Source: a virus
Lineage: Duplodnaviria > Caudoviricetes
Strand: one strand, 5' to 3'
Length of the DNA: 39,702 nt
IMG/VR virus record: IMGVR_UViG_3300034523_000228
Span: 1 to 39,702 of that record
The position numbers and the translations under genes are program-made. This document shows positions 7,291-16,125 of this stretch, piece by piece; the first letter of the stretch is position 1, and every line of letters begins with the position of its first letter. The notes under the pieces were generated by a model. The model was not told the origin of the DNA, ran no database searches, and saw only the letters and a program-made list of their open reading frames with translations.

Positions 7291-8304
7291 ATGCCGTCCT
7301 TCCAGATCAACGACGAGGAGTGGGATGCGCTCTTCGACGAGCCGCATCAGCTGCTGAAGGTGTACTGCGCGATCCGGATGTTCATGGACTACAGGACCGG
7401 CATCGCCGGCGAAACCCGCCGCCTGAGCGAGCAGATGCTGATCGAGGTGCTGAGCATCCCGGCATCACCTGGGCGTCCTGCGCACAAGGCGACCCGCAAG
7501 GAGGCCCGCTACACCATCGATGCGCTGGTGCGCCGCGGCATGGTCGAGCCTATGCCCAGCATCGGTCCTTTCGTTTTCCACCTGCCGAAGGCTTCACGGG
7601 ATCAATCCGCCTCGGAGAGGTGGGGCCAGAGGTTTGACCAAGGAGGGGCCAGACCTGGGGCCCTAGGTGGGGCCAAGGATTTAGAGCCAGAAGCCCCGGA
7701 ACTACTGGGCTACAGCGAAGAGCTTGGAGCAGGCGGGGCCAGAGGTGGGGCCGGAGGTTATTCCGAGGTGGGGCCAGAGGTGGGGCCTACATCCGGTCTT
7801 CCTCCGATACCTCCTCCGTCACGTAACGCGCGCGAGGCAGAGCCGGTATCTGGTGCTGACCGATTCCCGATGCACGAGGCCTGGGTGCCAAGTGCGAAGG
7901 GGTGGGCGGCAACGCTGGTCCGCAACGGAATTGGGAGCTACCAGCTGCGCGACGACGAGCTTCTCGAATTCCGCAGCTACTGGATCAACCGCCCCGAGAA
8001 ATACCAGTCCCAAGGCCAGTGGGAGCACGAACTGGCACAGAAAATCCGCCGCAACCAGCGCTTCGACCAGAACAGGAGCAGCTATGGAAACCAAGCAGGA
8101 AACGCCGAAGGCCAAGCCGGCCATCGTGCCGCAAAGCGCGGCCTCCCACATCGACAGGGCCCTCGCTCAGCCGTCGACCGCGTCAACGCAATCGTCGCCG
8201 CCAACGAGGCTGCCCGACAGGCTGCTGGAACGGCTGTGGGTGAAGATGACCGAGATGTACGGGCACCGCTGGACGTCGAGTTTTGGCGACAACCCGAACC
8301 CTGA
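7291..8304 (+). CDS. Replication initiator (O-like) with DnaT-like C-terminal domain
   Basis: Position; internal iterons; RFPMHEAWVP...LLEFRSYW...QGQWEHELAQ. Confidence 0.8.
   Translation: MPSFQINDEEWDALFDEPHQLLKVYCAIRMFMDYRTGIAGETRRLSEQMLIEVLSIPASPGRPAHKATRKEARYTIDALVRRGMVEPMPSIGPFVFHLPKASRDQSASERWGQRFDQGGARPGALGGAKDLEPEAPELLGYSEELGAGGARGGAGGYSEVGPEVGPTSGLPPIPPPSRNAREAEPVSGADRFPMHEAWVPSAKGWAATLVRNGIGSYQLRDDELLEFRSYWINRPEKYQSQGQWEHELAQKIRRNQRFDQNRSSYGNQAGNAEGQAGHRAAKRGLPHRQGPRSAVDRVNAIVAANEAARQAAGTAVGEDDRDVRAPLDVEFWRQPEP
7618..7789 (+). repeat. Iterons (probable phage origin)
   Basis: Eight copies of about AGGTGGGGCCAG at 7618, 7641, 7653, 7665, 7731, 7743, 7766 and 7778. Confidence 0.8.
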
Positions 8305-8842
8305 CGGCGCCTGGGCTACGGTGCTTCAGGGGCTGACCGGCCAGCAATTGGCCCACGGGCTCAACATGCTGACGTTCATGGGCAGCCGGTTCGACTGGCC
8401 GCCGGCGGCGCCGACATTCCGGGAACTCTGCTTGAGCGTCCAGCCGGAGTCGCTCGGTCTGCCGGACCACGACACCGCGTTCAACCAGGCTCTGGCGTGC
8501 CGCTACCGCCACCAGGTGGTCAAGGCCGCCGCCGAGGCCACCGGCGTTTTCGATCTGCGCACCGGCGAGGTGAACGACAATCGCCTCCGCAAGCGCTTCG
8601 GGTTCCACTACGCAGAGATGGTCCGGCGGTGGGCAAACAACATCCCGCTGAGCCAGCCCGTCATCCACGCGATTGAGCATGACACCGGGAAGAGCTTGCT
8701 GGACCTGGCCGAGGATGAAGCCGAGCAGCAGCTCCGCCGGCGGATGCAGGCCCAGGGCCTGGATGGGCTCAGTGGCGCCCAGGCGCGAGAGATGCTGTTC
8801 GCTCGGTGTGGGGCGCGCAAGGGAGGGACCACGCATGCATGA
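8084..8842 (+). CDS. Replication protein P-like (helicase loader); start uncertain
   Basis: AGGAG before ATG 8084; LWVKMTEMYGHRWTSSFG and WPPAAPTFRELC; follows the initiator. Confidence 0.65.
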   Translation: METKQETPKAKPAIVPQSAASHIDRALAQPSTASTQSSPPTRLPDRLLERLWVKMTEMYGHRWTSSFGDNPNPDGAWATVLQGLTGQQLAHGLNMLTFMGSRFDWPPAAPTFRELCLSVQPESLGLPDHDTAFNQALACRYRHQVVKAAAEATGVFDLRTGEVNDNRLRKRFGFHYAEMVRRWANNIPLSQPVIHAIEHDTGKSLLDLAEDEAEQQLRRRMQAQGLDGLSGAQAREMLFARCGARKGGTTHA

Positions 8843-9137
8843 GGTTCTGGCGTTCCTCGGCGCATTGCGCGAGCTTCACCCCGACATGAATCGTTGGGGG
8901 CTGCATGGTGGCTGCTTCCGAGTGTACCTGGTGCTCAAGAACCGGTTCCCCGAGGCTGAGCCTTGGTATGACGGGGACCATGTCCTGACACGGATCGCTG
9001 AGCGTTTCTACGACATCCGCGGCGAAGTACAACCGAACAACCACCAGAGGATGGATCCGCTGGTGTTCAACCGCGCCTACGACTGGCACCAGCCAGCGCT
9101 CAGCGCAGAGCAGGCCGCGCAGGAGCAGCACGCATGA
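8835..9137 (+). CDS. Hypothetical protein (100 aa) with Cys/His/Asp motif pattern
   Basis: GGAGG RBS; overlaps both neighbours; GGCF...DHV...FYDI. Confidence 0.7.
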   Translation: MHEVLAFLGALRELHPDMNRWGLHGGCFRVYLVLKNRFPEAEPWYDGDHVLTRIAERFYDIRGEVQPNNHQRMDPLVFNRAYDWHQPALSAEQAAQEQHA

Positions 9138-9580
9138 CCGATGATCTTCAACCAGTGTTTTTCTCCGTGCCCGGCGAGCCTCAGGGGAAGGGGAGGCCTC
9201 GCATTGGCCGCGTCGGCGCCCATGCCCGGATGTTCACGCCGGCGAAGACCGTGGCGTACGAAGGACTGGTTGCCATGGCCGCACAGCAGGCAATGGCGGG
9301 GCGCCCGCCGATAACCCGGCCTTGCCTCATCGAGATATGGATGTACCACCAAGTGCCAGCCTCATGGTCGAAACGCAAGCGTGCCCAGGCTCTGGCCGGC
9401 GAGATCGCCGCCATGCGCAAACCGGATGCGGATAACTGCCTCAAGGCCATCTGCGATGCCTGCAACGGCGTCGTATGGCGTGACGATGTTCAGGCCGTCC
9501 GCGGCATATTCCAGAAGCTCTGGAGCGAAACGCCAGGCGTCCGAGTGAAGGTCGTACCTCTCATCGAGGGAGGTGCGTAG
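9134..9580 (+). CDS. rusA: RusA-family Holliday junction resolvase
   Basis: VPGEPQGKGRPR and KPDADNCLKAICDACNGVVWRDD. Confidence 0.9.
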   Translation: MTDDLQPVFFSVPGEPQGKGRPRIGRVGAHARMFTPAKTVAYEGLVAMAAQQAMAGRPPITRPCLIEIWMYHQVPASWSKRKRAQALAGEIAAMRKPDADNCLKAICDACNGVVWRDDVQAVRGIFQKLWSETPGVRVKVVPLIEGGA

Positions 9581-9702
9581 CGCTTGCGTACCGGTAGTGT
9601 CCCGCGAACCACATTCGAAGCGAGGAGCTTCACGGCCTTGGCGGAAGGTCACAGAACCACGATTTACGCGAATTGCGCGGTGCTGAATAAGGGGAAAAGG
9701 GT

Positions 9703-10590
9703 ATGAAGTTGAACAGCGCGCGACAGGCTTGGCACGATGCGTTCCATGAGAGCCGTGACTCCGTGCTGGCGGTGGCCGCCGAGAAGGCCATGCTGGGCAA
9801 GCGGGGGCGAGTCGTCAACGAGACCCACCCGAGCCGCCGGGACACGAACGGAAGGTCGGCGCACATGCTGGCTGCGGGGCTGGTGCAGGCCGCGATTAAG
9901 ACCTTGCCGAAGCCGCTGCAGCACTTCGGGCATACGCTGTATTCGCCCCTCGCTACTGGCCAGGATCTGAACATCGCTCACGCCCTGGTCTGGTTCACGG
10001 TTGAGTTGCCGACCTGCTCCGCGAAGCGCAGGGAGGTCTCTTATTGGATGGCTCTGGCCGCGGTGAGGAGCCACCAGGCGGCGGTCTACGGGCGGGAACC
10101 TTGGTCGCAGGGGCAGATCTGCGAGTTCGTCAGAGACTGGTTCGGCACCGCGCCGAGCGTGGCGCACTGGGCCCGAGACTGGGCGGTGATCTGGAACAGC
10201 CTGGCGGCTACGGTGGATAGCCTGGACGCCAAGGCGCTGCGGCCGGTCGCCGAGGTCGTCCGTCGGGCATCAGGCGCGGATCTACGACTGCGGGCCGGCT
10301 GGCGCTGGGTTGAGGTTGATCGCCGGCGGGTGCTGGAGCAGCGCGCGGCTGGCTATCTGGCGAAGCGGGAGGCGATGCAGGCCAGACTGCGCTCTCGACT
10401 GGAGGCGATGGATGAGCCGATGCTGCTGACGTGGTTTGAACGGATGCGCCGATACAACCAGGCATACCGGGAGGAGTGGGGCGAGGACACCTTTCTGCGG
10501 AAGGAGGCTCACGCCATGTACTGGGATCGGATCGATGCCTACTGGTCGCAGCGGCAGCGACTTAAGAAGCTCAAAAAACAGGCCGCTTGA
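9703..10590 (+). CDS. Probable late regulator (Q-like antiterminator)
   Basis: Position between rusA and a pR'-like promoter/terminator preceding lysis; function inferred from synteny. Confidence 0.55.
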   Translation: MKLNSARQAWHDAFHESRDSVLAVAAEKAMLGKRGRVVNETHPSRRDTNGRSAHMLAAGLVQAAIKTLPKPLQHFGHTLYSPLATGQDLNIAHALVWFTVELPTCSAKRREVSYWMALAAVRSHQAAVYGREPWSQGQICEFVRDWFGTAPSVAHWARDWAVIWNSLAATVDSLDAKALRPVAEVVRRASGADLRLRAGWRWVEVDRRRVLEQRAAGYLAKREAMQARLRSRLEAMDEPMLLTWFERMRRYNQAYREEWGEDTFLRKEAHAMYWDRIDAYWSQRQRLKKLKKQAA

Positions 10591-10616
10591 CGTTTTGGTG
10601 AGTGTTTCGGTACTGT
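10587..10616 (+). promoter_or_regulatory. Late promoter (pR'-like)
   Basis: TTGACG-18-TACTGT overlapping the stop of the Q-like gene, with a terminator about 35 nt later. Confidence 0.55.
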
Positions 10617-10647
10617 TTTGTCACTTTGCACAGAAACACCCACACGA

Positions 10648-10676
10648 AAGAAACCCGGTCGACGCCGGGTTTTTTC
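10648..10676. terminator. Bidirectional terminator (tR'-like and hicB)
   Basis: AAACCCGG-TCGACG-CCGGGTTT then T-run; A-rich left flank. Confidence 0.8.
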
Positions 10677-10679
10677 GTT

Positions 10680-11111
10680 TCAGGCAGCCTGCTGCACACT
10701 CACGAAAAGACGCAAGCCTAAGACCCCTAACGCGGACTCCAACTGCTCCATCTTCGAGGTATGCAGAAAGTCGACGAGGCGGTCGACCTGTACTTGGGCG
10801 ACGCCTAGAGCCCGGCATAGATCAGCCTTCCGCATGTCGCGCCGCATCATCTCGTTCCATAGAGCGATCTTCGCGACGGTCACCGCTGGAAGATGCACTA
10901 CGTGCTCTTCTGGTTCTGGAGCGCTAGCCGCTGGAATTGGTCGGCGCTGATCAACGTAGAGCGACAATGTGGTTTCGATGGCATCAACGGCCTCGCCGAG
11001 TGCGTGCTCGACGGTGTTTCCGTAGCTGTTCAGCTCTGGAAGGTCTCGACAGAAAACGGCAACGCCAGGAGCGCTGTCGTCTTGCTCGAAACGGATTGCG
11101 AAGTTGTACAT
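10680..11111 (-). CDS. hicB: HicB antitoxin
   Basis: VFCRDLPELNSYGNTVEHALGEAVDAI plus C-terminal HTH. Confidence 0.9.
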   Translation of the reverse strand: MYNFAIRFEQDDSAPGVAVFCRDLPELNSYGNTVEHALGEAVDAIETTLSLYVDQRRPIPAASAPEPEEHVVHLPAVTVAKIALWNEMMRRDMRKADLCRALGVAQVQVDRLVDFLHTSKMEQLESALGVLGLRLFVSVQQAA

Positions 11112-11151
11112 GGTTTCCCCTCTGGGTGACTGCGTTCAGCAGAGGGGGCTC

Positions 11152-11331
11152 TCAGAGCCCCAGTTGCTTGATGATCGCCTTGCGTGTCGGCTCCGGCATT
11201 TCTTTGGCGCCGTGATCTGCGAAGGTCGTTGTCTTACCGTTCGGGGCGGTCACCTTGAAGTGACTGCCCTTGCCGGCTTCGAAGGTCACACCTTGTGCCC
11301 TCAGCCAGCGTCGGAATTCGCTGAACTTCAT
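11152..11331 (-). CDS. hicA: HicA toxin (mRNase)
   Basis: MKFSEFRRWLRAQGVTFEAGKGSHFKV...IIKQLGL with the GSH catalytic motif. Confidence 0.92.
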   Translation of the reverse strand: MKFSEFRRWLRAQGVTFEAGKGSHFKVTAPNGKTTTFADHGAKEMPEPTRKAIIKQLGL

Positions 11332-11364
11332 CACCTCATCTCGTCTGAATCGTTGAAGCAAGAA

Positions 11365-11400
11365 TACAACATTTTTGTTATTATGCAACATAAATGTTGT
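11365..11400. promoter_or_regulatory. Tandem palindromes, probable HicB operators
   Basis: AACA-TTTT-TGTT and CAACAT-AA-ATGTTG just upstream of hicA. Confidence 0.6.
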
Positions 11401-11419
11401 ATCTCAGGAGGGCAGTCTC

Positions 11420-11635
11420 ATGCCGTTCGTCGTTATCCCCCAGCCCTTCCCGACCAGCCCGCTGCAGACGCAGTTCGACACTGAGGATGAGGCGAACGCT
11501 CGGGCCCAGGCGATGGTCGAGGCCTCGCCGAAGCAGCCAGTCTACGTTGCTGAACTGCGCACGCTCTACCAGGGATCGGTCACCGTTAGTGCGTCGCCAG
11601 CGGTGAGCCAACCGAAGGGGCCTGAACAGGGCTGA
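11420..11635 (+). CDS. Hypothetical protein (71 aa)
   Basis: AGGAGG RBS, ATG at 11420. Confidence 0.65.
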   Translation: MPFVVIPQPFPTSPLQTQFDTEDEANARAQAMVEASPKQPVYVAELRTLYQGSVTVSASPAVSQPKGPEQG

Positions 11636-11777
11636 AGATCACGCCACGCCGGGAGGCGTTGCTCAACCGTGCCGCACCGTCGGGATGACGTTGCTCAAGC
11701 ACATCAGCCGGGTTCGCCCGGCACCTACTCAAAGGGCCCGACGTATGTGCGGGCCTTTCTTCATCTGGAGTATCCCC

Positions 11778-12167
11778 ATGGCTGAACCGACGAGCAGCGG
11801 AGCAGTAGCAGCAGCCGGCGCCGTCGGGCTCACTGCCACAGCGATCATCCCGGGAGTCGACGTTAATGCGGTGATCGGCGGGTTCGCCGGCGCGCTGCTG
11901 TTCGTGCTTTGGGCCCACGACCTGACCATCGCAAGGCGCGTCGGCTACCTGCTTGCTTCTTGGGTGGGCGGCTACTACGCCGCCACAGAGGCTGTCGGTC
12001 GGGGTGCGACCCAGTTCTCAGGGCTGCCCGCGCTGGTCACCGCCGCGCTGATCGTCACCGTCATGATCGGCGTGCTCGACTGGATGATCGGTGGAAACGC
12101 GCCGCCGTGGCTCAGGATTGCTCTCCAACGCCTCGTCGGCATGATCAGAGGACGGAACGATGGTTGA
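11778..12167 (+). CDS. Putative holin
   Basis: Several hydrophobic segments; first gene of the lysis cassette; GGAG RBS. Confidence 0.75.
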   Translation: MAEPTSSGAVAAAGAVGLTATAIIPGVDVNAVIGGFAGALLFVLWAHDLTIARRVGYLLASWVGGYYAATEAVGRGATQFSGLPALVTAALIVTVMIGVLDWMIGGNAPPWLRIALQRLVGMIRGRNDG

Positions 12168-12444
12168 CCTGGTGACCCTTGCGGCGGCAGCCGTCTGCGG
12201 CGCTATCAGTTGCCGCATCTTCACGTACCAGCGCCACGGTGCAACGTACCGGTTCGGCGTCTCGCTCTGCGCGTACATCCTCGCCGCTGGGACCGGCATG
12301 CAGTCGCTGTCGATCACCCTGGCCGTTCTGATGTCGCGCCACGCTCCGCCGATCTCTCCCTATCTGCTGTTGGTGCTGCTGGTCTTGGCAGTACTGGTCT
12401 ATCGCAGCAAGGGCAACGTGGCGCAGATACTGAGGTTGAACTGA
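12160..12444 (+). CDS. Second holin-like membrane protein
   Basis: Three hydrophobic segments, C-terminal GNVAQIL; directly before the endolysin. Confidence 0.75.
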   Translation: MVDLVTLAAAAVCGAISCRIFTYQRHGATYRFGVSLCAYILAAGTGMQSLSITLAVLMSRHAPPISPYLLLVLLVLAVLVYRSKGNVAQILRLN

Positions 12445-12956
12445 TGGCTCGAATTTCTTCAGAAGAGGCCGGCGGCGCGAACGTGGTCGCTTTTCTCGAC
12501 ATGCTGGCGTGGTCGGAGGGGACATCCACCTCGCCGGCAACCAGAGCAGACGGTTACGACGTGATCGTGACTGGACACGATGGCAAGCCGGAAATCTTCA
12601 CCGACTACGGTACTCATCCGTTCGCCGGCGGGCGGCCATCCAAGCGGATTAACAGCAAGGGCCTGACGTCCAACGCTTCTGGCCGGTATCAGCAGATGTT
12701 GAGGGACTGGCCGCATTACCGCGTGAAACTGCAGCTCCCTGACTTCGGGCCAATCAGCCAGGACCGTCTCGCGATTCAGCATATCCGCGAATGCCGAGCC
12801 CTGGACGACGTCAAGTCCGGCCACATCAGTCGCGCCATCGAAAAATGCGCTCGCATCTGGGCCAGTCTGCCCGGCGCCGGCTACGGTCAGCGGGAACACT
12901 CGCTGCAGCGCTTGCTGCGGCAGTACCAGAAGGCCGGCGGAGACCTGGTGGCATGA
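12444..12956 (+). CDS. Endolysin, lambda R-type lytic transglycosylase
   Basis: AFLDMLAWSEGT, ASGRYQ, DFGPISQD and WASLPGAGYGQ motifs. Confidence 0.92.
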   Translation: MARISSEEAGGANVVAFLDMLAWSEGTSTSPATRADGYDVIVTGHDGKPEIFTDYGTHPFAGGRPSKRINSKGLTSNASGRYQQMLRDWPHYRVKLQLPDFGPISQDRLAIQHIRECRALDDVKSGHISRAIEKCARIWASLPGAGYGQREHSLQRLLRQYQKAGGDLVA

Positions 12957-13144
12957 AGGGGGCTGCGGATCCGCGCGTAGCTCGGACCATCGGCGAGGCT
13001 GCGGCCAATGGTGATGGCACGTTCAATGGTATTCGGCTGCTTTCCTGGCTTTCCGAAGTGCTGCACCCCGGACACGGGCTGTCCGTGGAGGAGGTTGAGG
13101 AACTGCACCAGCAGGTTCGACAGGAGCAGCAGAATGCAGGTTGA
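12953..13144 (+). CDS. Hypothetical protein (63 aa) between endolysin and spanin
   Basis: ATGA coupling to the endolysin; GGAG RBS. Confidence 0.55.
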   Translation: MKGAADPRVARTIGEAAANGDGTFNGIRLLSWLSEVLHPGHGLSVEEVEELHQQVRQEQQNAG

Positions 13145-13514
13145 CGTCATCCGCGCCGGCGCGCTGTTGCTGGTTGCTGCCATTGGCCTGGCTGTGGGCT
13201 GGCAGGTGCGGGGCTGGAAGGAGGTTAGCGACGCAGCCATTCGCCTGCAGGCCGAGCAGGATCGCCAAGCTCTGGCCCGCAGCGTCGTCGCCCAAGTCGC
13301 CGAGATCACCAACAAGGCAATCGCCGGCATCCGCGTCACCAACACCACCATCTACCAGACCGCCCGCCGGGAGATCGTCCGTGAACCGATGGATCCTGCT
13401 TGCCGCCTGCCTGCTGGCTGGATGCGCAACATCAACGCCGCCCGCGCCGGCAAGCTTCGACCAGAGCCTGCTGCAACTGTGTCCGGATCTGCCGCCGGTG
13501 CCGGTCGCCGCTGA
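13134..13514 (+). CDS. i-spanin (Rz-like)
   Basis: N-terminal TM segment, helical periplasmic part, one Cys. Confidence 0.75.
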   Translation: MQVDVIRAGALLLVAAIGLAVGWQVRGWKEVSDAAIRLQAEQDRQALARSVVAQVAEITNKAIAGIRVTNTTIYQTARREIVREPMDPACRLPAGWMRNINAARAGKLRPEPAATVSGSAAGAGRR

Positions 13515-13686
13515 TGGGACCGGCGATCCTGCCGAGTTGGCGCTAGCGGACGTCGAACTGGCCGGCGAGTACCGGGCTTGCCAGCGGCTCCACCAAGGAC
13601 TGGTCGACGCCGTCCGAGGGGTTATCCCTGTGCAGCCAGGCACCGAGGGTCAGCGCTCCGGCGGTGAGCCCAAGCAGGGGCAGTAG
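13381..13686 (+). CDS. o-spanin lipoprotein (Rz1-like), overlapping Rz
   Basis: GTG start; NRWILLAACLLAG-C lipobox; Pro-rich; shifted frame within Rz. Confidence 0.75.
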   Translation: MNRWILLAACLLAGCATSTPPAPASFDQSLLQLCPDLPPVPVAADGTGDPAELALADVELAGEYRACQRLHQGLVDAVRGVIPVQPGTEGQRSGGEPKQGQ

Positions 13687-13773
13687 CACCGCTGCCCAAC
13701 GGGGCAGAAGCGGGCGTAGCCAAGGCCAAGCCAGCAGCAAGGCGAACATGATGGAGGTTGCAGCGATTGCCAT
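13543..13773 (-). CDS. Possible small two-TM moron antisense to Rz1
   Basis: GAGGA upstream; two hydrophobic stretches. Confidence 0.4.
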   Translation of the reverse strand: MAIAATSIMFALLLAWPWLRPLLPRWAAVLLPLLGLTAGALTLGAWLHRDNPSDGVDQSLVEPLASPVLAGQFDVR

Positions 13774-13880
13774 AGAGGGGTCCTCGGGTTGTTGGTTGGT
13801 CCATCAATGGTGGCGAGACCGGAGTGCCGTATGTCGTCAATCCGCCCCTCCAGAAGGGGCGAACCTCTGAGATTCCCTGT

Positions 13881-14462
13881 ATGGCAAGCCAGAAAAAGCC
13901 ACGCTCCCGCTTTGATTGGGAGGCGGTCGAGCGCGATTACCGCACCGGACGGTTCTCTAACCGCGAACTGAGCCGGTTACACGGCCCATCCGAAGGCGCC
14001 ATTCGCAAGCGCGCCGCTGACCACGGCTGGCAGCGGGACCTGTCGGAGCAGATACGTCTCCGCGTCCAGGCGTTGACCGGGCGCGCCGCGGCTGAAGCCA
14101 CCGAAGCGGCCCGAACGGACGCAGAAGTAGTTGAGCAAGCCGCTGAGGCCGGCGCAGAGATCATCCGCGGCCACCAGGTGCTGATTCGCAGGGCGAAGGA
14201 TGTGACGGAGGGGTACTTGGGGCGGCTGGGGGAGCAGGTGGCTGCCGGCAAGCTGTTGATCCAGATCCGAGACAAGGTCGTTGAGGTGGATATTCCTCTT
14301 GACTACGTCGGCAAGAGCCTGGGGTACGCCACCGCGTCACTCGAGCGCCTGATCCGGCTGCAGCGGCAGGCTCATGGCCTGGATGCCGATGGCAGCGGCG
14401 ATGAGGGCAAGTCGCTGGAGGACCTGCTGAAGGAGGTCGGCGGAGACGATGACCAGGAGTAA
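13881..14462 (+). CDS. terS: Terminase small subunit
   Basis: DWEAVERDYRTG...SEGAIRKRA..GWQRDL HTH directly before TerL. Confidence 0.8.
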   Translation: MASQKKPRSRFDWEAVERDYRTGRFSNRELSRLHGPSEGAIRKRAADHGWQRDLSEQIRLRVQALTGRAAAEATEAARTDAEVVEQAAEAGAEIIRGHQVLIRRAKDVTEGYLGRLGEQVAAGKLLIQIRDKVVEVDIPLDYVGKSLGYATASLERLIRLQRQAHGLDADGSGDEGKSLEDLLKEVGGDDDQE

Positions 14463-16125
14463 CGGCGTGATCGTCGCCGAGGGTGATCGGCTGCTTGCGC
14501 TGCACAAGGATGGCAGGCTGAACAGTCGGGCTGACCTGATCCTGGCGCTGGCGAACAAGTGGTACCGGCTCAACGCGCTGTACAAGATCAAGGACAAGCA
14601 CGGAAAGGTGCGCCGGTTCAGGCCGAACGCCGCGCAGCGCCGTCGCTTCACTGAGGGGCACGTCCGCGACATCATCCTGAAAGCCCGGCAGCTCGGGTTC
14701 ACCACGTTCGAGATGATCGATGCGCTCGACGACTGCCTGTTCACTGCGAACTACAGCGCTGGGTGCATCTGCCATACCCTGCCGGACGCCAAGGACATCT
14801 ACCGGAACAAGATCCGTTTTGCCTATGAGCAACTGGTGGGCTCGCCCTGGATGGCCATATTCCAGCGTATCGGTATGCGCTTGCCGCGCCCGCGGTCAGA
14901 CAAGGATCAGGGCTACATCTTCGACAACGGATCGAGCATCCAGGTCTCGACCTCGTTCCGAGGCGGTACGTTGCAGCGTCTGCACGTGTCCGAGTTCGGG
15001 AAAATCTGCAAGCTCAGCCCGGACAAGGCGCAGGAGATCGTTACCGGTGCGTTCGAAGCCGTAGCACTGGGCTGTCGGCTTACCATCGAGAGTACCGCTG
15101 AAGGCCGGGAGGGCTACTTTTTCACGTACTGCGAACTGGCGCGCGCGATCAAGGATGCCGGCCGCCGGCCCACGGTCATGGACTGGCAGTTCCACTTCTT
15201 CCCGTGGTGGGGCGATCAGTCCTACCGGCTGGAGGAAATCGCAGAGGTCATCGTTCCCCAGTACCTGCATGAGTACTTCGCCGAGTTACTGGCGAAGCAT
15301 GGTGTTCGTCTCGACCGGCAGCAGCAGGCCTGGTACGCGAAGAAGGCCGAGACCCTCGGCGAGGACATGAAGCGAGAGTATCCGTCCACGCCGGACGAGG
15401 CGTTCGACCAGGGGGTCAAGGGCGCCTACTACCTCACCCAGATGCGCTGGCTGCGGCAGCAGGGGCGTATATCCCAGACTGTCACATATAACCCGGCGCT
15501 GCCGGTGTTCACGGCCTGGGATCTTGGGATGGGGGACGCGATGTCCATCGTGTTCTTCCAGGTCCATGGGCTCGAGGTACGAGTCATCGACTACCTCGAG
15601 CACAACGGCGAGGGGATGGAGTACTACGGCCAGGCGCTGAAGAGATTGCCGTACAACTACGGCGGTCACTTCGCGCCGCATGACATCGTGGTGCGCGAGC
15701 TCGGTACCGGGAAGTCGCGAATGGAAGTCGCTGCCCAGTATGGGATCAAGTTCACGATGGTTCCGCGTGTGTCGCGCAATAGCGAGGGCGTTCAGGCGGT
15801 ACGGCAGTTTCTGCCGGCGTGCTGGTTCGCCGAGGATCCTACCGCCGCTGACGCTGATGTCTACGCCGCCGACGATGGCGAACCTGTGTTTCGCACCACC
15901 GGCGTGTCGCGCTTGGTCGACTGTCTCGACAACTACCGCAAGGAATGGGACCCGAAGCTGGGGGTGTACCGCGACCAGCCGCGTCACGACTGGGCCAGTC
16001 ACGGCGCGAAGGCCTTCGAGACGCTGGCGCGGTGCGGTGTATTCGAGCAACTGCGGACCACGGCTTCATCTCACTCCACCTCCAACCCTGAGAAGGGCCG
16101 TCGAGCCTGGGGCGCACACACATGA
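14449..16125 (+). CDS. terL: Terminase large subunit
   Basis: ILKARQLGFTT (Walker A), LHVSEFG (Walker B), ESTAEG, WDLGMGD, HDWASHGA. Confidence 0.93.
   Translation: MTRSNGVIVAEGDRLLALHKDGRLNSRADLILALANKWYRLNALYKIKDKHGKVRRFRPNAAQRRRFTEGHVRDIILKARQLGFTTFEMIDALDDCLFTANYSAGCICHTLPDAKDIYRNKIRFAYEQLVGSPWMAIFQRIGMRLPRPRSDKDQGYIFDNGSSIQVSTSFRGGTLQRLHVSEFGKICKLSPDKAQEIVTGAFEAVALGCRLTIESTAEGREGYFFTYCELARAIKDAGRRPTVMDWQFHFFPWWGDQSYRLEEIAEVIVPQYLHEYFAELLAKHGVRLDRQQQAWYAKKAETLGEDMKREYPSTPDEAFDQGVKGAYYLTQMRWLRQQGRISQTVTYNPALPVFTAWDLGMGDAMSIVFFQVHGLEVRVIDYLEHNGEGMEYYGQALKRLPYNYGGHFAPHDIVVRELGTGKSRMEVAAQYGIKFTMVPRVSRNSEGVQAVRQFLPACWFAEDPTAADADVYAADDGEPVFRTTGVSRLVDCLDNYRKEWDPKLGVYRDQPRHDWASHGAKAFETLARCGVFEQLRTTASSHSTSNPEKGRRAWGAHT

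Noticed and set aside
7618-7789. CRISPR array
   Set aside because: Repeats are 12 bp, mostly abutting, lack unique spacers and lie inside the initiator gene
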